DNA from: Candidatus Margulisiibacteriota bacterium
GTDB taxonomy: Bacteria; Margulisbacteria; WOR-1; O2-12-FULL-45-9
NCBI GenBank assembly: GCA_043816785.1
Contig: JBDRHP010000057.1
Location: 1-20,836, forward strand
Reading direction: 5' to 3'
Length of the DNA stretch: 20,836 bases
The position numbers and the translations under genes were made by a program. Numbering within the stretch: the first letter of the stretch is position 1; every line of letters starts with the position of its first letter. The notes under the pieces are model-generated. The model had not been told where the DNA came from. It saw nothing but the letters and a program-made list of their open reading frames with translations, and searched no databases. Below, piece by piece: positions 8,926 through 16,390 of this stretch.

Positions 8926-8975
8926 GGGGTGAGGCTTTTCGGCTCGACACCTTTGAGTCTCGCCCCTCTATTTTC
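8926..8975 (+). ncRNA. Candidate regulatory RNA hairpin in the glnA 3' UTR / gltB leader, with a loop antisense to SD regions of cluster genes
   Basis: Stem GGGGTGAGGCT (8926-8936) / AGTCTCGCCCC (8956-8966), loop TTTCGGCTCGACACCTTTG, followed by TCTATTTTC. 8941-8957 is the exact reverse complement of 1638-1654. Confidence 0.5.
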
Positions 8976-9010
8976 CAACAAAGGTGTCGGGGAAGCAAAG
9001 GTGTCGGAAG

Positions 9011-12000
9011 ATGCCATATGACAAAATGCAAAAAAAACAAGGTTTGTATGATCCGCAATTTGAACATGACAATTGCGGCGTCGGCTTTGTGGTCAACATC
9101 AACGGTCAAAAGTCCCGCGATATTATCCAGCAAGGACTCCAGGTACTAAAACGTCTGGCGCACCGCGGCGCAGTAGGTGCTGATCCAAAAACCGGTGACG
9201 GCGCCGGAATCCTCATCCAGATCCCGCACGATTTCCTGGCCAAAGAATTTCCAAGCCTGCCTCGTTATAGTGCTTATGGCACTGGGCTAATCTTTTTACC
9301 TCAGAATAAGAGAATGCGCAATATCTGCAAAGATGTTATTGCTAGGATTGTGGAGCAAGAGGGGCAGGTTTTAATTGGCTGGCGTCCCGTTCCAGTTGAT
9401 GATTCTGAGATTGGCAAAACCGCCAAAGAAACACAACCAGCTATCGAGCAGGTTTTTATTGGTAAAGGTAAAGAAGTAAATACCAGGCTGGATTTGGAAC
9501 GCAAACTTTATGGAATTCGCCGGGAAGCAGAAAAAGAGATCAATGCCGAGGGTTTTTATATTACCAACCTTTCTACCCGCACCCTTGCTTACAAAGGCCT
9601 GCTCATGGCTGATCAGGTGGAAAATTATTTTCTTGACCTAAAAGATCCGGATTTAAAAAGCTCAATTGCCCTGGTCCATTCCCGTTATAGCACCAACACT
9701 TTCCCAACCTGGGATTTAGCCCAGCCCTTCAGGTTCCTGGCTCACAATGGTGAAATTAATACTTTACGCGGCAACATTAATTGGATGCGCGCGCGTGGGA
9801 TTGACGTTATTGTGCCCGGTGGCAGCGATTCTGCTTCTTTAGATAATGTTTTTGAACTGCTGGTTCTATCCGGCAGGCCAATGTCCCATGCCATGATGAT
9901 GCTTATTCCTGGCGCTTGGGAACATAACCATTTGATGAACAAAGAAGTCCGGGACTTTTACAAGTACCACGCTTGTTTTATGGAACCTTGGGATGGTCCA
10001 GCTGCCGTTGCTTTTACTGATGGTAAGCATGTCGGTGCGGTTCTGGATAGAAATGGTTTGCGGCCGGCGCGCTATCTTGTTACAAAAAGCGGCCTGGTGG
10101 TTATGGCTTCTGAAGTCGGTGTGCTGGATATTGATCCAAAAGAGATTAAAGTTTCTGGCAGGCTTGAGCCGGGAAAAATGTTTTACATTGATACAGAAAC
10201 CCAGCGCATTGTGGAAGACGATGAAATTAAAGAAGAAATCTATTCCCGCCGCTTTTACGGCCAGTGGCTCAAAGAAAACATGGTTGAGCTGGATGAGCTG
10301 CACAAAGTCAGCGTGACCGCAGAGGAGCAGTTAGATATTAAAACCATGTTGAAGGCCTTTGGTTATACTCGTGAGGATTTAAGAATGGTGCTCAAACCCA
10401 TGGCTGAAAAAGGCAAAGAACCAGTCGGTTCAATGGGCAATGATACGCCACACGCAGTGCTTTCGAGCAAACCGCAGCTGCTTTACAACTATTTCCGGCA
10501 ATTATTTGCCCAGGTGACAAATCCGGCAATTGATCCGATTCGCGAAGGCCTGGTCATGAGCTTAGAAAGCTATATTGGACCGCAGCAGGATATTCTTACG
10601 GAAACGCCGGAGCATTGCCGTAAATTAAGGGTAAAAGAGCCGATTTTGACTAATGAGGAATTAGAGCGGATCAGGCATATTCAAAAAGAAGGGTTTAAAA
10701 CCAAGACAGTAAGTTTATTATACCCCACACTTAAGTGTGGGGTATCTACCGTTACTAAAGCCTTGGATAGGGTCTGTAAGGAAGCAGAAGAAGCGATTAG
10801 CGAAGGCTGCGCGTTTATTGTTCTAAGCGATCGCGGCGTAGACGAAAAACAGGCAACTTTGCCGGCCTTGTTGGCTGTTGGAGCGCTGCATCATCATTTA
10901 ATTCGCAAAGCTTTGCGCACCAAAGTTAGTTTGATCTTAGAAAGCGCGGAACCGCGTGAAGTGCATCACTTTGCCTGTTTGTTTGGCTATGGTGTTGACC
11001 TGGTTAACCCTTATCTGGCTTATGAGGCGATTGCAATGCTGGTGGCTGAAGGGGATGTGGTGTTGGATGCCAAAACTGCGATCAATAATTTCCGCAAAGC
11101 GGTTCATAAAGGAATTAAGAAAATCTTGTCCAAGATGGGGATTTCAACTTTAAATAGTTATCGCGGCGCGCAAATCTTTGAGGTATTAGGCATTAGCGAT
11201 GAGGTAGTAGGTAAATGCTTTGAAGGAACCCCCTCACGTATTGGCGGTGCTGGTTTTGCGGAAATTGCTAAGGAAACTTTAATTAAACATTACAACGCGT
11301 TTAACGTAGTAGCAGAGCTTGCTCTGCCGGGGAGCGAAGCAAGCTTCGCAACTACGATATTACCGAGCGGCGGGCTTTACCAGTGGCGCCGGGACGGTGA
11401 ATTTCATCTCTGGAATCCAGAGAGCATCTCCGCTATCCAGGATGCTGCCTGGAATAATAATTATGATCGTTATAAAGAATTTTCTAATCTTATAAATGAT
11501 CAATCCCAAAACCCGACTACTTTGCGGTCATTACTTAAATTCAAGAAGGCTAAATCGGTCCCTATTTCCGAAGTTGAACCAGTTGAAAGTATTCTTAAAC
11601 GTTTTACTACTGGCGCGATGAGTTTTGGTTCCATCAGCGGGCCAGCGCATGAAACTATTGCCCAAGCCATGAATCTGATTGGCGGCAAATCAAATACTGG
11701 CGAAGGCGGAGAGGATCCTGCCAGGTTTGGAAATAATCGAAGGTCAGCGATTAAACAAGTGGCTTCCGGTCGTTTTGGCGTTACTACTAACTATTTAATA
11801 AATGCAGATGAGCTGCAAATCAAGATTGCACAAGGAGCGAAACCAGGCGAGGGCGGGCAGCTGCCTGGTCATAAAGTCAGTGAAATAATTGCTAAAACTC
11901 GTTACACCACACCAGGTGTAACCTTAATCTCACCGCCGCCGCACCATGATATTTATTCAATTGAGGATTTGGCCCAATTAATTTTTGACTTAAAGAATGT

Positions 12001-13465
12001 CAATCCCAAAGCCAGAATCTCAGTCAAACTGGTTTCAGAAGTTGGGGTTGGCACTGTTGCTGCCGGAGTGGCCAAAGGCCATGCAGACATGATCCTGATT
12101 TCCGGCGGAGACGGCGGCACCGGAGCTTCTCCGCTGAGCTCGATCCGTTATGCCGGTCTACCGTGGGAGCTTGGTTTATCTGAAACTCATCAAACCTTGG
12201 TGCTTAATAATCTCCGCTCAAGAGTCAGGCTGCAAACCGATGGCCAGCTTAGAACTGGCCACGACATTGCGATAGCCGCATTACTGGGCGCTGAAGAATT
12301 TGGCTTTGCCACGATTGCCTTAATCATTTGCGGCTGTGTTATGCTGCGGCACTGTCATTTGAACAATTGTTCAGTTGGCGTGGCAACGCAAGACGAATGT
12401 CTAGCTAAGAGATTTCGCGGCAAACCCGAATATCTGGTCAACTTTTTCCGTTTCCTGGCCCAGGATATGCGTGAAATCATGGCCCAATTAGGGATTCGCT
12501 CGATTGATGAGATGGTGGGCAGGACTGATCTGTTGGAGATAAATGAAGAAATTCTGCCTTGGAAAGCAAAAGGATTAGATCTGTCTAAGATTCTCTGGAA
12601 ACCTGCGACTAAACGTCGCGGTTTCCAGGAAGCCGAGACGTTCAGTCTCAGGCTTCCGGATGTTCTGGACCGGCAATTGATTAAATTAGCTAAGCCGGCT
12701 TTGGAAAAAGGAGAACCAGTTAAAGCGGAATTGGCCATCCATAACTTCAACCGCACTGCGGGCAGCATGTTGAGCGGTAAAGTGGTAAAAAAATATGGGG
12801 AAAAAGGTTTGCCGGATGACACGATTTATTTTCGTTTTACCGGGGTTGCAGGGCAGAGCTTTGGCGCCTGGTTAGCCAAAGGCATCACTTTTGAGCTTGA
12901 AGGAATGACCAATGATTATGTTGGTAAAGGCATTTCCGGCGGTAAATTAATAGTTCATAGCCAGCGGAATGATATTGTAATTGGCAACACAACTTTTTAC
13001 GGCGCTATTTCAGGCGAGGCCTATATTCGCGGTCTGGCCGGGGAAAGATTCTGTATCCGCAATTCCGGTTTGCATGCTGTGGTTGAGGGAGTCGGGGATC
13101 ATGGCTGCGAGTACATGACCGGTGGTCGCGTGATTGTTTTGGGAAAAACCGGCAGGAACTTTGCCGCAGGCATGTCCGGTGGTATTGCTTATATCTATGA
13201 TAAGCACAATGAGTTTGCTGAAAAATGCAATCCTAGCATGGTTTACTTAGAAGAGCTTGATAAAAAGGACGAGAAGCTTATTTATGGGCTGCTGCAAAAG
13301 CATTTTAAATATACGCGCAGCCCGATCGCAAAAAATATTCTGGATAACTTTAATAATGAAAAGCGGCGCTTTATCAAAGTTATGCCTAGGGAATACAAGC
13401 GTGTGTTGGCTGAGCGGGCGATGAGCGTTGAGGAACTCGAGCTCCTGGAGGTCTCCGATGGGTAA
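9011..13465 (+). CDS. gltB: Glutamate synthase large subunit
   Basis: GLYDP..EHDN/CGVGF (Cys1 amidotransferase), HSRYSTNTFP, EPWDGP, GAMSFGSIS, SNTGEGGE, QGAKPGEGGQLPG, C.MLRHCHLNNC Fe-S loop and GXGXG domain. ATG 9011 with AAGGTG SD is preferred over GTG 8984. Confidence 0.98.
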   Translation: MPYDKMQKKQGLYDPQFEHDNCGVGFVVNINGQKSRDIIQQGLQVLKRLAHRGAVGADPKTGDGAGILIQIPHDFLAKEFPSLPRYSAYGTGLIFLPQNKRMRNICKDVIARIVEQEGQVLIGWRPVPVDDSEIGKTAKETQPAIEQVFIGKGKEVNTRLDLERKLYGIRREAEKEINAEGFYITNLSTRTLAYKGLLMADQVENYFLDLKDPDLKSSIALVHSRYSTNTFPTWDLAQPFRFLAHNGEINTLRGNINWMRARGIDVIVPGGSDSASLDNVFELLVLSGRPMSHAMMMLIPGAWEHNHLMNKEVRDFYKYHACFMEPWDGPAAVAFTDGKHVGAVLDRNGLRPARYLVTKSGLVVMASEVGVLDIDPKEIKVSGRLEPGKMFYIDTETQRIVEDDEIKEEIYSRRFYGQWLKENMVELDELHKVSVTAEEQLDIKTMLKAFGYTREDLRMVLKPMAEKGKEPVGSMGNDTPHAVLSSKPQLLYNYFRQLFAQVTNPAIDPIREGLVMSLESYIGPQQDILTETPEHCRKLRVKEPILTNEELERIRHIQKEGFKTKTVSLLYPTLKCGVSTVTKALDRVCKEAEEAISEGCAFIVLSDRGVDEKQATLPALLAVGALHHHLIRKALRTKVSLILESAEPREVHHFACLFGYGVDLVNPYLAYEAIAMLVAEGDVVLDAKTAINNFRKAVHKGIKKILSKMGISTLNSYRGAQIFEVLGISDEVVGKCFEGTPSRIGGAGFAEIAKETLIKHYNAFNVVAELALPGSEASFATTILPSGGLYQWRRDGEFHLWNPESISAIQDAAWNNNYDRYKEFSNLINDQSQNPTTLRSLLKFKKAKSVPISEVEPVESILKRFTTGAMSFGSISGPAHETIAQAMNLIGGKSNTGEGGEDPARFGNNRRSAIKQVASGRFGVTTNYLINADELQIKIAQGAKPGEGGQLPGHKVSEIIAKTRYTTPGVTLISPPPHHDIYSIEDLAQLIFDLKNVNPKARISVKLVSEVGVGTVAAGVAKGHADMILISGGDGGTGASPLSSIRYAGLPWELGLSETHQTLVLNNLRSRVRLQTDGQLRTGHDIAIAALLGAEEFGFATIALIICGCVMLRHCHLNNCSVGVATQDECLAKRFRGKPEYLVNFFRFLAQDMREIMAQLGIRSIDEMVGRTDLLEINEEILPWKAKGLDLSKILWKPATKRRGFQEAETFSLRLPDVLDRQLIKLAKPALEKGEPVKAELAIHNFNRTAGSMLSGKVVKKYGEKGLPDDTIYFRFTGVAGQSFGAWLAKGITFELEGMTNDYVGKGISGGKLIVHSQRNDIVIGNTTFYGAISGEAYIRGLAGERFCIRNSGLHAVVEGVGDHGCEYMTGGRVIVLGKTGRNFAAGMSGGIAYIYDKHNEFAEKCNPSMVYLEELDKKDEKLIYGLLQKHFKYTRSPIAKNILDNFNNEKRRFIKVMPREYKRVLAERAMSVEELELLEVSDG
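10720..10745. repeat. Perfect 26-bp palindrome inside gltB
   Basis: ATACCCCACACTT/AAGTGTGGGGTAT, translated in frame as YPTLKCGV. Confidence 0.8.
11305..11356. repeat. GTAG-type REP doublet (REPIN-like) inside gltB
   Basis: CGTAGTAGCAGAGCTTGCTCTGC, then 6 nt, then the inverted copy GCGAAGCAAGCTTCGCAACTACG, with compensatory changes. In frame as VVAELALPGSEASFATT. Confidence 0.85.
12597..12657. repeat. REP-like inverted doublet inside gltB
   Basis: GGAAACCTGCGACTAAACGTCGCGGTTTCC (12597-12626) and GGAAGCCGAGACGTTCAGTCTCAGGCTTCC (12628-12657) are inverted homologues with compensatory changes. In frame as KPATKRRGFQEAETFSLRLP. Confidence 0.8.
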
Positions 13466-14756
13466 TCCCAAGGGATTTTTAAATATAAAACGTGAGGCCG
13501 AGCAATACCGTCCGGTGTGCGAGCGGGTCAAGGATTATAAAGATGTGGTGACTCCGCGCTCGGATCGCGTTTCCCGTGACCAGGCTTCGCGCTGTATGGA
13601 TTGCGGCACGCCGTTTTGCCACTGGGCCTGTCCGCTGGGCAATTTTATTCCTGAGTGGAACGATCTCGTCCATAACAACCGATGGGAAAGGGCTTTTGAG
13701 CTGCTTAATGCTTCTAACAACCTGCCGGAAGTAACGGGCAGAGTTTGTCCGGCGCTGTGTGAATTTGCTTGCGTGCTGGGTATTAATGATGATCCAATTA
13801 CGATTCGCGAGAACGAGCTTTCTGTTATTGAACATGGCTTTAAAAAGGGGTATATCAAACCTAATCCACCTAAAACTCGAACGGGTAAAACAGTTGCGGT
13901 TATTGGTTCTGGTCCAGCAGGGTTATCTTGTGCTGCAGAATTAAATAAACAAGGCCACACGGTTACTGTTTTTGAACGAGATGATAAGATTGGCGGGATT
14001 ATGCGTTACGGTATCCCAGATTTTAAACTGGAAAAGCATATTCTTGACCGCAGGATCGAGATTTGGAAAAAAGAAGGCATTAAATTTAGGACTATAGTTA
14101 ATGCGGGTAAAGAAATTATCAAAGATTTTGATGCGGTCTGTCTGGCAACCGGCTGCCGCACGCCCAGGGATTTAAAGATCCCAAGACGTGAACTTAATGG
14201 CATTCATTTTGCCATGGATTATCTAATTCGAGCCAACAAGACCAAGAAGGCTGAAGCCAAAGGCAAAAAAGTTGTGGTCATCGGTGGTGGCGACACTGGT
14301 TCGGACTGTGTTGGCACAGCTAATCGGCAAGGAGCAGCTTGTGTGGTCCAGATTGAGCTTTTGCCAGAGCCGCCGGCTTGCCGTGACAATAAATGTCCCT
14401 GGCCAACATATCCTTTGCTGTTAAAAACAACCAGTTCGCATAAAGAGGGGGTCGATCGCAGTTGGTCAATTCTGACTAAGAAATTTATTGGCGAAAATGG
14501 CCGGGTTAAGCAATTATCCTGTGTCAAAGTTAAGTTCGAAGGCCGGCAGATGAAAGAGATTCCTGGGTCAGAATTTGAAATTGAAGCAGATCTCGTTATT
14601 TTAGCGGTCGGATTTCTAAAAGAGGAAATTGACAAGCAATGGTATAATGATAAAGTTTTTTTTGCGGGAGATATTCAGCGTGGACCGTCACTGGTGGTTT
14701 GGGCGATTGATGAGGGGCGAAAAGCAGCCGAGGAAATTAACGGGTATTTAAAATGA
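13458..14756 (+). CDS. gltD: Glutamate synthase small subunit
   Basis: MGNPKGFL, RCMDCGTPFC..CP, GRVCPALCE..C, IGSGPAGL, VIGGGDTGSDC, AGD..RGPSLVVWAI. ATG 13458 (GGAGG SD) overlaps the gltB end. Confidence 0.96.
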   Translation: MGNPKGFLNIKREAEQYRPVCERVKDYKDVVTPRSDRVSRDQASRCMDCGTPFCHWACPLGNFIPEWNDLVHNNRWERAFELLNASNNLPEVTGRVCPALCEFACVLGINDDPITIRENELSVIEHGFKKGYIKPNPPKTRTGKTVAVIGSGPAGLSCAAELNKQGHTVTVFERDDKIGGIMRYGIPDFKLEKHILDRRIEIWKKEGIKFRTIVNAGKEIIKDFDAVCLATGCRTPRDLKIPRRELNGIHFAMDYLIRANKTKKAEAKGKKVVVIGGGDTGSDCVGTANRQGAACVVQIELLPEPPACRDNKCPWPTYPLLLKTTSSHKEGVDRSWSILTKKFIGENGRVKQLSCVKVKFEGRQMKEIPGSEFEIEADLVILAVGFLKEEIDKQWYNDKVFFAGDIQRGPSLVVWAIDEGRKAAEEINGYLK

Positions 14757-15838
14757 AAGCGATTTTAGCATTAGAAGACGGAACAATATTTGAAGGGACT
14801 GCTTTTGGTTCATTCGGAGAGCAAACCGGCGAAGTTGTCTTTAATACTTCCATGACCGGCTATCAGGAAATCCTCACCGATCCTTCTTACAAAGGCCAGA
14901 TTGTCACCATGACCTATCCATTGATTGGCAATTATGGCATTAACCCAAAAGATTTTGAGTCAAAAAAGCCCCATTTATCTGGTTTTGTGGTGCGCGAAGC
15001 CAGCCGCATTGTCAGCAACTGGCGTGCGAACATGAGCCTGGATGATTTTCTTAAGAAACACAAGGTTATTGGCATTGAAGGGATAGATACGCGGACCTTA
15101 ACCCTGCATATACGGTCTGCCGGTGCGATGAAAGGGATAATTTCCACTGAGGACCTGGATAAAAATAGTCTGGCCAAAAAAGCAAAAGCTTCGCAGGGTT
15201 TGGTCGGGGTTGACCTGGTCAAGGAAGTTACTTGTAAAAAGACTTATGAATGGAATAAAAAGGGGAAGTTTAAAGTTGTGTTGCTGGATTGCGGCGCCAA
15301 GTTTAATATTATGCGCGATCTGGCAGCGCGGGACTGTCATGTCATTATTGTTCCGGCCAATACCTCCGCCGAAAAGATCCTGGCTTTAAAACCGGATGGC
15401 GTGATGCTTTCCAACGGCCCGGGTGACCCTGCGGCAGTCACTTATGTGGTCGAAACGGTCAAGGAACTGATTGGTAAATTTCCGATTTTCGGCATTTGTT
15501 TGGGCCATCAGATGTTAGGTTTGGCTCTAGGCGGCAAGACCTTTAAATTAAAATTCGGCCATCGCGGAGCGAACCAGCCAGTGATGGATTTGCGCACTAG
15601 AAAAGTTGAGATTACTTCGCAGAATCATGGTTTTTGTGTTGATCTGGACAGTCTTAAGGATAAAAATGTTGAGCTGACCCATCTTAACCTTAATGACCAG
15701 ACTTCCGAAGGCTTGCGGCATAAAAAACATCCGGTTTTTTCAGTGCAGTACCATCCGGAAGCCAGCGCCGGGCCGCATGACAGCAAGTATCTGTTTGATG
15801 AGTTTATAGAATCCCTCACCCGGAATAGAGGTAAATGA
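14753..15838 (+). CDS. carA: Carbamoyl-phosphate synthase small subunit
   Basis: GEVVFNTSMTGYQE.LTDPSY, SNGPGDP, GICLGHQ, QNHGF, VQYHPEA. ATGA overlap with gltD. Confidence 0.98.
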   Translation: MKAILALEDGTIFEGTAFGSFGEQTGEVVFNTSMTGYQEILTDPSYKGQIVTMTYPLIGNYGINPKDFESKKPHLSGFVVREASRIVSNWRANMSLDDFLKKHKVIGIEGIDTRTLTLHIRSAGAMKGIISTEDLDKNSLAKKAKASQGLVGVDLVKEVTCKKTYEWNKKGKFKVVLLDCGAKFNIMRDLAARDCHVIIVPANTSAEKILALKPDGVMLSNGPGDPAAVTYVVETVKELIGKFPIFGICLGHQMLGLALGGKTFKLKFGHRGANQPVMDLRTRKVEITSQNHGFCVDLDSLKDKNVELTHLNLNDQTSEGLRHKKHPVFSVQYHPEASAGPHDSKYLFDEFIESLTRNRGK

Positions 15839-15957
15839 TAATTTGATTCTTAACGGCCCTCTCCCAGAGGGAGAGGGATGGGGTGCCCTCACCCGGATTT
15901 GTGGTTTTGGGAAATTTGTGGTAAACGGCCCTCTCCCAGAGGGAGAGGGATGGGGTG
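15813..15957 (+). repeat. Two tandem 73/72-nt repeat units upstream of the DUF559 gene
   Basis: Unit = CCCTCACCCGGA + variable 27/26 nt + AACGGCCCTCTCCCAGAGGGAGAGGGATGGGGTG. Units at 15813-15885 and 15886-15957; the constant parts are identical. Confidence 0.9.
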
Positions 15958-15967
15958 GTCATAGTTT

Positions 15968-16342
15968 ATGAAGGAAATAAAAAAGCAATTTGCAAGGACG
16001 CTGAGGAAGGAGCAGACAAAAGCGGAAAAGACGGTTTGGGAGCTTATCCGAAAACGGAAGTTCCATGGTTTCAAGTTCCGCAGACAACATGTTGTTGAGG
16101 GCTTTATCCTGGATTTTTATTGCCATGAATTGCGGCTCGGGATCGAGGTTGACGGCAGCGTTCATTTAAAACGAAAAGACTATGACCAGCTCCGGCAGGA
16201 GATAATCGAATCTGAGGACATAAGGCTTATCAGAATAACTAACAAAGACATAATGGAAAACAGTAAAAAGGGAATCCTGGAACAGATCAAAAAAATGATC
16301 AGTAAACCAACCCATCCTTCTCCCCCCGGGAGAAGGCCATAA
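15968..16342 (+). CDS. DUF559 family (Vsr-like PD-(D/E)XK) endonuclease domain protein
   Basis: ARTLRKEQTKAE..W, FRRQH, FILDFYC, IEVDG..H, D..R, IRITN motifs. Confidence 0.9.
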   Translation: MKEIKKQFARTLRKEQTKAEKTVWELIRKRKFHGFKFRRQHVVEGFILDFYCHELRLGIEVDGSVHLKRKDYDQLRQEIIESEDIRLIRITNKDIMENSKKGILEQIKKMISKPTHPSPPGRRP

Positions 16343-16380
16343 AGAAAAAAGTATGGTTAGAGATAAAATTCGGATGAGGG
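16308..16380 (-). repeat. Third, inverted 73-nt unit downstream of DUF559
   Basis: Minus strand: CCCTCATCCGAA + 27 nt + TATGGCCTTCTCCCGGGGGGAGAAGGATGGGTTG. The hairpin has a compensatory C-G to T-A change. Confidence 0.8.
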
Positions 16381-16390
16381 CTGTAAAGTT

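Noticed and set aside
8984..9010. gltB start at GTG 8984
   Set aside because: The extension lies in the repeated leader motif. ATG 9011 has a properly spaced SD and a typical propeptide.
15813..15957. CRISPR array
   Set aside because: Only two tandem units plus an inverted one, a long GC-rich hairpin repeat and no cas genes in the window. Reported as a nuclease-associated repeat instead.
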